63,991 nt of DNA, filler included, from Ministeria vibrans ATCC 50519 (GCA_943704425.1; 7 parts of 7 records of this genome joined end to end with filler, not necessarily neighbours in it), one strand, 5' to 3'; positions 12,291 through 27,987 are shown, counted from the whole stretch's first letter. Numbers and translations are program-made. Notes: generated from the letters alone by a model not told the origin.

Positions 12291-13429
12291 ATGCCCGCCA
12301 AGGTACACGACGCACACGCCTCCCGTGCCTGTGGTGGGTGTGCCCGCGGCGGTGTGCGGTGTCCGCGCGGCCGCCGGGGGTCGCCCAGGCCCATAGCAGG
12401 CGCTGTTCGCTCCCCCGTGTCGCGTGCATTGTCTCTTCCCCTCTCACCTCTCCTCCCCTTCTTCCCGCGCCCCTCCCTCCCTCCCTCCCTCCCTCTGCAG
12501 CATGCCATGCACTCGCCACTGTCGTCTACCCTCCCTCCCTCTGTCGCACTTCATTTCTCATATGAGCATTTCTTTTTTTTTTTTATGTTGTGTCTTTCTC
12601 GTTTTTCGTCGCTCCTCGTCGTGCCCTCTGCGATATCTTGTACCCGCGCCATCTCTGGCGTTCTTGTATTTTCTGCTCCTTTTGCTTAGCTTTTTAGTTT
12701 CGTTTTTGTCATTTTTTGATTATTTCTTTTTCGCGTCTCTTTAGTCTAAGAGCTCGAAGAAGTTCACGAAGAAGTACCAGATCGACTGCTCCAAGCCGGT
12801 TGGTGACGAGATCTTTGATGTCGCCGAGTTCGTAAGTTGAAAAGAAAAGAGAGAAAGAGAGAGAGAGAGAGAGGATTGTGGGAAGGGTCTCCGTTCCTTC
12901 CTCAGGGTGTGCTGCTGCCCTTGTGCAGCATGCGCGTCCCTGGAACGCGCAGCCTGGATTAGGGTTACCCACCCCTAGCCCCAGAACCTCCACTGGAACC
13001 GCAAAAAGAACATCCGCTTCTTTTTGTACACTCTGTTTCAACTGAGGGATGCGCACTCCAAAGGGCTGTCATACTCACCGCCTCCTCTCCAACGTGTCAT
13101 GCAGGAGCAATTCCTTGTGAGCCACATCAAGGTGGATAACAAGACGGGCAACCTGGGCAACAGCGTGACCGTGACGCGTGACGCCGACAAGCTCATTGTC
13201 GACATCAACAGCACTCAGCTCCCCAAGCGCTACATCAAATACCTTACCAAGAAGTACCTTAAGCGCCACGATCTCGCCGAGCTCCTCCGCCCTGTCGCCA
13301 CGTAAGCCAAACGCAGAGAATTGATTGTTATACCTCACACGTCCGTCGTTTATTTCCAGCGCCAAGGACACGTACATGCTCCGTTACTACTACTACGAGA
13401 ACGAGGAGGACAAGGAGGAGGAGGAGTAA
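12291..13429 (+). CDS. RPL22: 60S ribosomal protein eL22
   Basis: 4 exons: MPAK|SKSSKKFTKKYQIDCSKPVGDEIFDVAEF|EQFLVSHIKVDNKTGNLG...KRYIKYLTKKYLKRHDL...|AKDTYMLRYY + acidic tail. Confidence 0.95.
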
Positions 13430-13737
13430 ACCTTTTCATATCTTCTTGTACACAAACGATCCAGTTTTCGTGAATTAGAATCAGAAGTGACTTTTTTCCA
13501 ACGTGAAAATGATTCTCAGCTCATTGTCCCCATCAACAATCAGAGAGTGATCAGACATATAGACAAATGTCACAATGGCATGAAACAACAATTCTTTGTT
13601 TCAACAAATAACAATCAAGATTATTTTTCTCTTTGGGACTTTCATAGTACCCTCTTAGTCTCTACTGCTGGAGCTTTGCCGTCCCCACCTGCCGTGCCTC
13701 CCTCTGCCCCCTCTATCTTACTTTGTGGTGTTGTGCA

Positions 13738-14740
13738 ATGGCAACCAAGAAAGCGAAAAAGTCGATTGGGTTTGCGGAGCCAGACGATGCCAATGTGATG
13801 AGCAAGGAGCACACTGCCGCCGCGGCCGCGGCCGCCCCCGATGCCCGTGCTGTCATCAAATTTGGAATGGTCAAAGTAAGGAAGTGCCTCCGATGATCAT
13901 CGTCAGAGGGTTCCGCCCTTGCGCTGCGCCCTTCGCCCGCCCTCTCCTCCCCATCCTCCGATCAACCCACTACGTTGCTCTTCCATCCCTATCTTCTCCC
14001 TTCAAGCGATCCTTTCCGTTCTTCTCTTTTTGCATTCGATCTCTTTTTTTTTTTGTGTTGAAACCGTTTTCACTAAATAATTTTTTTAATATTGTCTATT
14101 CACTATTGATTATTTTGAAGTTTGAACTTCTTCTTCNNNNNNNNNNTTTTTTTTTTTTTTTTTTTTTTTGGTTAAAGATTGGACGAACGTACGAGACACT
14201 TGTAGCGGAGCCACCAACGGGCCCCGTGAAAGTGGGCACAGTGATCAACAGCCAGCTGACGGTGTTTGCCTCCAACACAGAAGGTGAGGGCCAAGCGAAG
14301 TTGCTTTTGCATTTGGTCTGTCGTCAGTCTCATTCGTCGTGTGCTCTCCAGGCAAGTGGCAAGTGAAGGCACAGCTGCACGCAACAGACGAAGGGATCTT
14401 TGAGACGCCTGTCTCAATGACCGCCGGGGGACAGGAAGTCAAAGTGGTCATTTCAGGACATGTTATGGGACACGGAAAGGTACTCACTCACTCACACACA
14501 CTCGCACGGCACATGCATGTGTCTGCAGCACTCACACGCATCGTACTCTTCTTCAACGAAAAGGGAACACCATCGATGAGAGAAGGAGTGCACTGCGTAG
14601 GGCGAGACGACGTGGTCGTGACGGACTCGGACGAGAGCGACAGAGGGCTGCCCGACCTGGACGCAGACGCTGTTGAGCGCGCAGGGACCATCCGCGCCCG
14701 CAAGTGGAGAAAATCCGCAAGCAACGCCGCTGCTGAATAA
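13738..14740 (+). CDS. ADISSP: ADISSP/C20orf27 family protein
   Basis: Spliced C-terminus GHVMGHGK|GTPSMREGVHCVG...DSDESD matches the family motif from memory; N-terminal KKSIGFA resembles the family SIRFA segment. Confidence 0.7.
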
Positions 14741-14841
14741 CACCAGTCCACCACCCACTTTCTCCTTCCTCCTTCTTGCCTTTGTTTTACTCACCCTTTC
14801 GGTACAATAATCAATACTTCTACTGTGTCAGTTTTTTTTTT

Positions 14842-15382
14842 TTACAAATCGAGTCGTTCTGTTTCGTCCGCACACACACACGCCTCCTTCTGCGTCTGGA
14901 GGTACGCGCCGCATCCCATTGACTTCACGCCCATGCTCATCATGGCCACAGTGCTCTGGCAGCTCTCGTCGCTCGCATAGTGTTTGGAGCATCGTCTTGT
15001 CAGGCACTTCTCAAAGCGGCGGTCGCACTTGTTGCGCGTCGTGTCGCAGCGAGCGTAGCACAAGTCGTGTTTGTGGCAGCACGAGACGAGTTTGGGATAC
15101 GCCGACATGTCAAGCTGAAAACAATCAGAGGATCAGTGTGTTTGGGTCGAGATCAACATGTCAGCGCACCTTGAAAGATTCGGTGCCGCAGCCGTTGGAA
15201 ACGGGAACATAGCCGTCTTTGGGTACTAGGGGAACGCTGCAGGGCAAGAGACAGGGCGAATCCACGCCAGCACCGCCGCCAAGCAACGACGCCAAGCCAG
15301 TCAGAAGATCAGCACCGTCCTGCCCAACGGAGAGACGAGCACAGCAGCCAAGGCACACCAACGCCACCAGTAGCTTCGTCAT
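14842..15382 (-). CDS. PLA2G12: Secreted phospholipase A2, group XII-like (2 exons)
   Basis: Signal peptide, NGCG, CCHKHDLCY (His-Asp catalytic pair), KCDRRFEKCL, GCGAYLQTQKEACVC; ends RLDL. Confidence 0.85.
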
Positions 15383-15585
15383 GGTCAAGTGAGCGTGCGT
15401 TGTTTCCAATCTGTGTGTGAGTAAATTGTGTGTGAAATCAATAATAATATTCTTGTCTTACCACTGATCGATTATCGTCACTCGTAGACAAACGCACACT
15501 AACAGTCTAACACAGGAACACTTTTAGTTTATAATAAGGTTTCAGTTTTTTCTCAAAGCTGTGACAATCGTACCTGCGAAGAAGT

Positions 15586-16185
15586 ATGCTGCGAGCGAAC
15601 CGTATTTTGTCTCTGGGCCTCACCACGCGATGGTGCGAAACAAAATAGCGTTTTTGTGTTTTGGATGTTTTCTCACCGCACCACGTCGATTCGGACGTCG
15701 CTCGAGCGCCATCCTCTTTCTTCATCTGTGTGTTTGTGTGCTGGCACCGTCGCGCCGACCGCACCGCGCGCCCTTCGTCGCCACACATCGTCCCAACTCA
15801 TCTTGCTTTTGTCTGTTTCTTCTCTCGCCGCGCCAGCCTGCGCACCGCCTCGACCGACGCCAAGTCGGTGCTGAGTGCCCTTGGCATTGAGCAAGAGGCC
15901 ACAGGATGCTACGATGGCGAGTGGAAAGCTGGTGGGGACGTCGTGCAGAGTCTCAACCCAGCGGACGGGTCAGTGCTGGGAAGCGTCCGTACGTCGCACG
16001 TTGACGACTACCAGCGTGTCGTGGCCACGTGCAAGGCTGCCCAGCCTGGCTGGGCTGCTGTCCCCGCGCCCCAGCGTGGCGAAATTGTCCGCCAGGTCGG
16101 TGATGCGCTGCGCACGCACAAGAGCACACTTGGTGCACTTGTCGCTCTGGAAATGGGCAAGATTCTTCCCGAAGGAGAAGGAGAG
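15586..16185 (+). CDS. ALDH7A1: Aldehyde dehydrogenase 7 (antiquitin), 5' part; truncated at gap
   Basis: Arg-rich presequence MLRANRILSLGLTTRC; GCYDGEWKAGG, WAAVPAPQRGEIVRQVGDALR, LGALVALEMGKILPEGEGE. Confidence 0.85.
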
Positions 16186-16210
16186 GTACGCCCGACGAAG
16201 AGAGGCATGT

Positions 16211-16261
<51 letters not shown>

Positions 16262-16361
16262 NNNNNNNNNNNNNNNNNNNNNNNNNNNNNNNNNNNNNNN
16301 NNNNNTTAATTAATTAANNNNNNNNNNNNNNNNNNNNNNNNNNNNNNNNNNNNNNNNNNNN
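16262..16361. other. Artificial 100-nt contig spacer (44N-TTAATTAATTAA-44N); identical spacers at 24744-24843, 35729-35828, 51885-51984, 60574-60673, 62679-62778
   Basis: Identical palindromic six-frame-stop 12-mer centred in N runs. Confidence 0.97.
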
Positions 16362-16524
16362 CCTCTCTCTCTCTCTGTTTGCCTCTCTCTCACGCACACA
16401 CACACCAGCGAGTAGCATCATATTTACAGTTCATTTTCCATTTTAATTCGCTTTACATCCTGAATATAAATAAAGAGAAGGAAGTAAACCGCGTAAGACA
16501 CACACAAAGAAATTGCATTGTTTT

Positions 16525-19186
16525 TCAAACCTTGGTGTCTTCTGACTCGCCACTCGGATCCGCATCGGCCAGACGTTTTCCGGGAGTGGTCTTCTCGGGA
16601 GCGGTGGGGGTTGTAGCAGCAGCAGCAGCAGGCAGTGCTTCCGAAGCAGCAACAGGCGCAGCGATGGCGCGGGTGCGCGTGGTGTTGCGCAGACACTTTG
16701 TGTGTGCCACCGTTGGGGTGTCGCTGTTGGGCAGAGTCGTGCGCTGGGCACCACGGAAGTACCACAGCTCAGTGTCTTCGTCAAAAAACTTTTCCAGAGG
16801 CTCATGACAAAGAGCACATGACATCGAAAGTGGATCAGACTCTTCAACAGGACACAACAGAGCAGAGGCACTCCCTTCCGTGCCATCCACACCACCCGCG
16901 CTGCCACCCGCACCACCCCCGCCATCTCCACCACCTGATCCACTACCCACACCACCAGCGTCGTCCTCGTCGTCCTCATCGTCCGTGAAATACCGTGACA
17001 TGGGTACTACATTGTCCTTGCCCATCGAATGCTTCACCGGTACATGCGCAATCCAGTCCGCTTCGTCTCCGTACCACCGCCTGCTCAGTGCATGCTTGCT
17101 CGAGTCTCGCTCCCGTCGGTTCATCCGAAAATGCCACTAACGAATAACAATACAGTACATGTCAGTATGTAGCAGCGTTGACAATGCAGTCCATACGTCC
17201 ATATGCGCACGAAGAAGCTACAAGAAGTTTTTGTATTGTCAAAATTAGTGGGCATGAGTTTGAGTTTTCGAATCAAGGTACCTCTGATTCAGAGGAAGGG
17301 TAGCGGATGCCACACTGCATGCACTGCAAGGGCTGGTCGGCATAAAGTGCATTAATAGCCCCTTCGTACCGTCTAAAAAGAAACAGTTCGAATCAGAGCA
17401 TGAAAGAGAGTGATAAAGAAAGAAGGAAGGAAGAAACATAAGTGATAAAGAAGGGGGGGGGATTGAATGTATAAACTAACTCTTTGAGGACACCATCTGC
17501 GGTGAGACTGATGGCAGGGACGGCTGATGTGGTGTGTGCTGAGGGTGCAGATGGCGCAGGAGGTACTGTGGTGGCTGGAGGAGGGGCTGTGGCAGTGGGA
17601 ACGACACTGGTCGTTGAAGGGATGGTGGAACCTCCAAAGGCGCGCATAAGTCCGCTGAGCATGTCCTGAACGTTTGGTGCAGAAGATGCAGCGACGGTGG
17701 AAGCAGCTACTGTTGCAGTGACAGGTACTGCTGTTACCGCTGCTGGAGTGGTGGTGGTGATGGCTGCGGGTGTTGTTGCGATGTGAGTGGGTGGGGGAGT
17801 GTGGCGTGCGGTTGAGTGGAGGTGGGTGGGCACAGAAGCAGGTCGCGAAGGAGGAGGGGGGCCTGGCGGGGGGCGTGCTGCGACTGCGGAGGCTGTTGAG
17901 TCGCGCAGTTGGTCGGCTTGTTGAAGCGACATGACATGGTTGTAGATGCTCGCGTACTGGTCCGGCGGCAAGCTTTGTGCCTTGATGAAAAAAGAATAGA
18001 AAAAGAGAAAGTGTGTGTGTGTGTGTGCGTGAGTGAGTAGACAGGCAGAAGGGAAAAAAGTATTGAAGGTTGGAGGAAATTGCGGTATTCGTTTGTATCG
18101 TTAATAATTGTACTCGAATCAACATTTCACGGTATTTGTCGTTGAGAGGAGGAGGTACGCCAGTGGAAGAATGCACTGAAGCTTGAGCAGTGGCAGGAGG
18201 AGCAGACTGATAGAATGAATCAGAGGAGGTCTACAAAGGGTACAAAGCAAGTAAGATTCAAGAAAGGAAGGTTGGTGGAACAAGGGGGGTTACGTGACGG
18301 GGCGGAACTGTATACTGCGATCGTGGCGGGTAGTCCATGCGACCATGTGATGAGTAAGGTGGCTGTTGCTTCTGTTGCTGATGTGGGTAGGGTGGCTGTT
18401 GCTGGTGGTGTTGGGTTTGCAGTTGGAGTTGGTGAAGGCGAGCTTGCTCAGCCTGCGCCGCTGCGATACGTTTTGCGACGGCATCTGCCGGCGCACCAGG
18501 AGCTGACGAAGCTGCCGAGCCTGTGAAATAGCGAGCTTCGGGGATGCCGACAGCATGAACGCGTGCGTCGATTTGGTGGAGCAGAGCGACGGGAAACACT
18601 TGCATATGCTCCCAAGTGTTGCGCAAATGAATCATTTTCGCGCGTGTTGGCAGATCAACCGTCTCGTACACCGTCGCAAAGGTACGCACCAGGTTGCGTG
18701 CAAAGATCTCGCGGTAGATGCCGCCGACCGTCTTGAGGATGGAGTCCATCAGATACACCACTGGCAGTTTGTATTCGGAGCGTGTCTACACAGAGAGCCG
18801 CAAACGATGTGAGTGCTCTGCTGCACGACCGAGGCCTTTCTTCCCCGCGCGAACACCGCGAACCCCTCCGCTGTACACTGCAGCAACGGCCTGCGCATAG
18901 CGATGGCCCACATTCGACCGGACATGCTGTGATTTTGCCCTTTTTCTCCATCTTTTTTTTTTCTTCGTTTTTTTTTCTTTTCTTTTCCAACTTGAAATGT
19001 ATGAAAATCAGGTACCTGCGCAAGGTGGTCTTCGAGCGCGACGACGACAACATGTGCGTAGGCGGCCTCGCGGCGGGCGACGGCAGTGAGATCGTCAATG
19101 AGGGGTTTGCAGTTGAATGTGAGTTCGAGAAGCGACTGAGAGAAGCCCAAGCGCGTGCGCTCCTCGGGCGTCGTCGGATAGGCCAT
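16525..19186 (-). CDS. PCF11: Pcf11 cleavage/polyadenylation and termination factor
   Basis: CID domain (LTFNCKPLIDDLT...KLPVVYLMDSILKTVG); zinc motifs QCSVCGIRY...HMD|WHF, Clp1-binding SRRWY, CALCHEPLEKFFDEDTELW...HTKC; includes a 21-nt micro-exon (LLRAHMD). Confidence 0.9.
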
Positions 19187-19358
19187 GTTGCTGCACGACA
19201 CACCCTCTCTTTCCTCCGCCTCCCCCCCGAGATGGATGTGTGAGGATAAAGGGGGCAGTATTTTTGATGTATTTTTTGAATATTTGATTTGATTTGGTGA
19301 GTGATCAATGTGTCAAGAATCACGGATGAATCATGAAATCACTATTAAATTCTTGCCG

Positions 19359-22129
19359 ATGTTAGTCCTCCTGCTCGTGTCGACTTTACTGCTAGGTTCC
19401 GTCGACGTGAATGGCGTGGAGTTGCTTGCAAATCCCAATGGAGAAGGTGTTTTGATATTGTACCATCTTTTCCCCTTTTTTTGATCTCCTCTCTCTTTCA
19501 TGCAGTTGTCATGCTCGAGAACAACTGGCACGTGACGCAGGAAGGCCCTTGGTTTGTCATGTATTCGACGCCGTGGTGCAAGTTCTGCCACTTCATGTAC
19601 CCCGAATGGGTCAAAATGGCGCAGGCGCTCAAGGTAGCCACACGCATGCCATCAATCGATCGTGCCTGCGCCTCTGACGCGAAATCATGGCGTTGCTCTG
19701 CATGTAGGGTGTGATGAATGTTGGGAAAATCAATTGCCAAGAGGACAAGGTGGGAGAAGAGGCGCACGCCCGAGAAATGGGAGATGTTTATATTATGGGT
19801 GTGTGTGTGTGTAACGTTATATTATGGGTGTTTGTGTGTCTTCTTAGCCATCGTGTGTGAAGCAGTCTGTCTCGAGCTACCCGCAACTGCACTACTTGAA
19901 AGATGGAGCAAAACGTCGACACTACCATCATGACCGTATTGCGGGAATCATGGCGGCGTTTGCAAGACGCCAAGTCGAAGTGGACTACCCAAACATCATC
20001 CAAGCACACGCTTCGTGGCTCGCCGAGAAGAATTCGCCCGACCTGGTGCAGGAGGCGAAGAAGGCTGCCGAAGCGAAGCTGGCGGCCGAGGAGGAACGAG
20101 AGCGAGAAGAGGAGGAAAGAGAACGAGAAGAGATGGCGAAGCGACAGCAGGTTCTGACGGAGCGAGCACGACGACGCTCATCGACCGAACAAGAAGGGGA
20201 AAGGAAGAATAACGAAACGATGGAACAGCAAAAAGAGGACGATGATGAAGGAGCGCTGATAGATGGGAAAGTGTGGCAGAGACGACACGGCGGTTTGGCT
20301 CGGCCCAGAATTGCAACGGTTGAGGCAGTGTCGAAGGGTAAGTATAGCGACGGTCTGCTCCATGTGGACGGGCCCGAGCACGTGGACGATCTTGTCGACA
20401 AGGGCTACGGCGTTCTTGTGCTGCATTACCACCGGGGCTGTGCCGTCTGTCGTGATGCACTCCAGGTATTTTTTTTTTGTATTTGTTGATCTCAGAATGT
20501 CATTCGGTGTCTCATCCGGCGCATACACAGGCGGTTCAGCAAGCAACGCAGGTGCTATGGAGCGACATTGTCGTGGCGGCTATTGGGCTTGGCGAGCACA
20601 GCATGGGTGACGACACCACGGACGACGCGGTGGGTGTGTCGGGCCGCACACCCGGCGACGAGTCCCATCGCGATGCGGCCGCGCTGGTGCAGGCGCGCTT
20701 CCAGCACGCCAGTGTACCTGTCTTTCCTCTGCTGCGCTTTCACTTTCGACAGGACGTCTTTACTTTTCGCGATCGTTTTGAAGCGACCGCAGTGCATCGC
20801 TTTGCGCGCCATATGATCAACCCGTTTGACCGCGAATCCAAAGAGACACACTCGCGCGAAGGGAGCAGCAGCGGCGCCGACGAGACGCTACCCACTCACC
20901 ACGACACGGAGGGACGGCTGTCACTCCCCGACCTACGTCGCGACACACAGTTCTCGCACTTTGTGCTCCTGCTCCCGTCGGGCGAGCATGCGCACGAGCG
21001 CCACGGCCACACGTACAAGATGGTTTCCCAGCTCGCTCGCGAGTACGGCCTTGTCGCTCCCTTTCACATCTCACACGATCCCGGCCACTTTGTTTCGGTC
21101 GCGGAGCTTTCCAAATCATCTCGTAACACATTATTATTAATTTTTACTTATTTTATTATTACTATATTTTTTTATAATGTTATCTTCTTTTGACACCTGG
21201 GTGTTTTTTTTTGTTTCGGTAGCGGCACTGAATGCGACGTCACTGCCATTATTTACGCCTGTTGTGGCCGTACTACATGACAACGAAGTTCACCACCTGA
21301 TGCTGACGGGAGAACAAGCTCATCTTGACCTGGAAGAGCGTCTTCTTGTGCATCTTCTTCCCTCCACTCCCCTGTACGTTTTTCACTGGTGTTTATTAAC
21401 CTCATCTCTTTGCCTCATTCTCTGTTTGGTGCTTTTTTATTTTTATTCTTTTTGTGTCTCCCAGGTTGACACCGTGGAGTTGGCGGTTTGTGGTGGAGCA
21501 ACCGCAGTCGGAGACGATTGTGGTGGGGGTGCAATCGTCGCGGGTGCAACGGGCGTCGCGACTGATGCTGAACAACCTTGCGAGCAGTGCGCACCGTGAC
21601 ATGCACGCGTACAGTCCACCCCGACTGCGCTTTGCGTCTCTCGATGCTGTCGCATGGCCCGAAGTTGCCCATGCGCTCTGGCATCTCTCAGAAGGTCACA
21701 GCACACGATTAATGTGAATTGAGTAGACGATCAACTGACGTGTGTGCGTTGATAGTGAGCGAGCCGCAGTTGGTCGCCTGGTCGCCAGGCCGAGGCGTGT
21801 TTGTGCACGCGCACGATGTCGCCAAGGACTTGCATCAGGGACGCGTGGTGGTGACGGAGGCACGCTCCGTGCAGCTCTTTGTCGACCGTGTTCTCGATGC
21901 TGATTTGCCCTGGCGCGTCTCCCCCAACAGAGTACGAATGTTATTTTTTATTTTATTATTATTAAATTATCTCGTTTGATCTAATTGGTGTGTTTAGGAT
22001 CGACGTCATTTACACACGGTCATGGTTGTGTGTGGTCTACTGTTTGGTGTTGCCATACTCTTTGTTGTTGTGCGTTGTCTGTTCCGTCCGCAACGCAAAC
22101 GAACGCGACGTTGGACCGACTCAGCCTAA
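19359..22129 (+). CDS. Membrane-anchored thioredoxin/PDI-family protein (TMX3-like)
   Basis: Signal peptide; WFVMYSTPWCKFC active site; SYPQL cis-Pro-like motif; second CAVC; further Trx-like segments; last exon gives a TM helix and basic tail ending TAA at 22127-22129. Confidence 0.65.
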
Positions 22130-22463
22130 GGCCTTTATCTATTCTTGCTTGAATACGGATGAATCATTAAGGGGGGCCTTTGAGCAATGAGTTGCTTTTG
22201 ATCTACCAATTGTATATAATTAGTGAACAAATAAATAGAATAAGAAAATAATTGTGAGTTGAGAGCTGTGCTCAACTACTAATATTAAAATATATTATAA
22301 GAAAAAGAAAATAATTAATAGTTATAAACTATAATTATTATTTTGACTTAAGGTACTCGCTGGCAAGTAGCAACACGCAACATGAACACGCGGTGATACA
22401 CAACACATTCAAAGTAGAAACATAAAACATATAAAAATAAAAATAAAAATAATTAAAATAAAA

Positions 22464-22920
22464 ATTTGTCCTGTATGGTGTATCGCAACACGCCCTCACC
22501 ACATAGTGGCACACGCCAGCGCTTAGGAATATACAGGCTGCGGCGCGCGAGATAGCCAATTTTCCGTTTTTCAATAAAGAAAGACGAAAAAAAGGCATCG
22601 TTGGCAAACCGGCACTCTCTGGTCTCGACGAATCAGCAGGGATGGCACAGCACGGCCCGGGCGAGCATGGAAAGCTCACTCGGGAGGGTGCATTGCGTCC
22701 GAAAACAACACGCACTACTGCTCCTGACGCGCGTCAAGACTTAAAAAGCGCCTCCGCACATTGTGTGTGCGCTTTCATCGTCGCCGCGTTTTGTCCACCC
22801 GATTATGGTTGGCGCTCGATTTGCCTTGCGATCAGCACACCCACGCTCTGCAAGCATCGCACGGGCCGCTCCGCTACTCTGAAGTGCTTATGCTTCTCGC
22901 CTAAATGATGTGTTCCATCG
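22464..22920 (-). ncRNA. U17/snR30 (SNORA73-like) H/ACA snoRNA; 3' end well defined, 5' end approximate
   Basis: Minus strand reads CCUGU-AUAUUCCUA (m1, + coords 22524-22532) ... ACACCAU-ACAGG (m2-like, 22475-22481) then ACA box (22467-22469) plus 3 nt. The basal stem CCUGUAU/AUACAGG closes the 3' hairpin. Confidence 0.7.
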
Positions 22921-23169
22921 CCTGTGTGTGTCTGTGTGTCTGTGTGTGTGTGCGAGTGAGAGAAAAGGAACAAAGATCAAAAATAATTACTTCGACCAAA
23001 AAAAAACCGGTTTGAACGAGTGCTGATCACCGATTCTGTGGATTATTGCGTAGTATTTTGGGTGATTATTCATCTATTCGTTTGTCGGAGGTGTTAAAGA
23101 CGGGGCGAAGATGGAATTGAATAAAAATTTAACACTTTTTTTAAAGAAAAAAAAATCGGACGGTTGACA

Positions 23170-24743
23170 ATGCCAGTGTCAAAGAAAGCCACACTGGCAT
23201 CTACACAGGTCAGTTTTGTGCGGGCACCGCTAGTCTCTTTTTATATCTTCTCTTTTTGTTTACTTTCGTTTGAATTGCATCGTCGTCAAGGAAACCGATT
23301 CGGTTCTCCTTCTTTTCCCCTCTATGCTCCTCTGTCACGCCCATTTCATAGTCTCACGTTAATATTGTATGACCTGCTTGCAGATGGCCAAGAAAAAACC
23401 CCAGTCGGGCGCTACGGGAGGTGGAGACGCGCCCAAACTGAAAGGACCCAGTCACACGTCGATTCCGGCCGCCGTTGTTGATGGCGACGACGACCACGAC
23501 GATCTATGGCTTCAGGTGAGACCCCCTTGGCGTGAAAGTTGCGCAACAAACGAAGGAATGTATCCTTTTTGATTCTGATACATGTTATTAGCCGAAAGTG
23601 ACAGTCAAGCCAATGGACCAACTGACACTGAGCGAGAGCGAACTGACCTGCGAGCACACCCTCATTCTGTCGGCGCACAACCCCAATGCACCTGACAATA
23701 TCACTCGTTGGAGCTACAGGGAGAGTGCGTTTAAAGTGATGCCGCAGGTGGAGCAGACGACAGTGCACTTTGAGTTGGAGGGAACGACGGTACACCAAAA
23801 ACAATCAAACGAATTTGATTTACACTGTAAATCTTTGTCTCTCGCCCTTAATGCACCTCTTTTGTTTTTTTTCTCTCTCTCTTCTGACGTGCGATGCGCC
23901 TGTTAGATATTTAAAGAGTCGGAAGAGGCCAAGCGACAAATGGCAGCGGCACGGTTGGCGTCGAGTGAGACGGCCGTGGTGTCGACAGGCACAGGGACAC
24001 TAGATGGGGATCCAGACGGCGCAGAGGAGAAGAAGAGGAAGAAAACGGAGACGAAAGAGGCAATGGTCGCAACCAATGATGTTGGGGAGCAGGTGGGTGA
24101 CAACGAATTCGAAAGTGAAGACGAAGAAGAAGAGGAGGATGGCGAAGATATCGATGGCGAAGCAAAGAGCACGACAGCCTCATCCACGGCAGTGATCAGC
24201 ACTGGTTCAGAGGGGCGCCTGCGAAACCAGTTTAATTTCAGTGAGCGTGCAGCGCAGACGCGACTGCACCACCACCGGGACCAAGGAACAGCAACAGATC
24301 CACCGGCACGCGCGACCTTCTCGGCGACGGCCAGTCAGTGGGCGATCTACGACGCGTATGTGCGCGATGAAGCGGAGCAGCAGGCGCTCAAGGAGAAGAA
24401 ACAGCTGGGCCAAGAGTCTGATGACCATCGTGCTTACCACGCCACAACCGCACTCCACCCAAAAAAGGTTTCTCTTGCGCATTGCATTTTTAATTGTGCT
24501 TTTGTGCCTTTTTATGAGACGCATTATTTAATTTTTAATTTAGACATCGGATGGTGCTCATTCTGACGTGCTGGCCTCGGGATCACAGCTTGCACAGGCC
24601 GCAATGAAAATGGAGCGCATGGTCAACCAGAACACCTTCGACGAGATACTCCACGACTTTAAGTACTGGGACGACGAGAGCGACGAGTTCCGTCCTGCCG
24701 AGGGCTCACTGCTTCCGCTTTGGAAGTTTGCCTATGAGGATGT
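23170..24743 (+). CDS. DNAI1: Axonemal outer-arm dynein intermediate chain 1 (IC1/IC78), 5' part; WD40 region lost in gap
   Basis: [14 protein letters not shown]...[62 protein letters not shown]...GSLLPLWKF. Confidence 0.9.
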
Positions 24744-24843
24744 NNNNNNNNNNNNNNNNNNNNNNNNNNNNNNNNNNNNNNNNNNNNTTAATTAATTAAN
24801 NNNNNNNNNNNNNNNNNNNNNNNNNNNNNNNNNNNNNNNNNNN

Positions 24844-24899
<56 letters not shown>

Positions 24900-25078
24900 A
24901 GGGCGGGAGAGTGATAGAGAAGAGAAACAACGTGATAGAGAGAAAGAAACAGAAAGAAACAAAAGTGACATATTATAGAAAGAAATTAGAGAAAGAAAAA
25001 AGAGATGGACATAATATAATTATGTACATGTGGCTTAAGATAGAGATTGAGTTGTCTCAAACTTTCTTTTTTTGGTAG

Positions 25079-26432
<1,354 letters not shown>

Positions 26433-26544
26433 ACACTACTAATAAATACAATTGTTATAACAAATTAATACTATCGATCAATTTGTGTCAACTTCGGTCT
26501 CTCAGCTATTTTTATTAATTAAGTTAGTAATTAGTTTTAATTAG

Positions 26545-27951
<1,407 letters not shown>

Positions 27952-27987
27952 GAATTCTATTACACTCAATTATTATAATACAATGAT

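Noticed and set aside
16306-16317. TTAATTAATTAA palindrome repeated six times
   Set aside because: Always centred in 44N+44N. It is an assembly spacer with stops in all frames, so ORFs ending ...XXXLIN are artefacts.
2324-19186. Functional cluster of RNA-regulatory genes (GIGYF, Smaug-like, RPL22, PCF11)
   Set aside because: Interspersed with unrelated genes and gaps; expected by chance in a gene-dense genome.
22642-22908. 88-aa plus-strand ORF
   Set aside because: No motif; better explained as the antisense of the snR30/U17 5' region.
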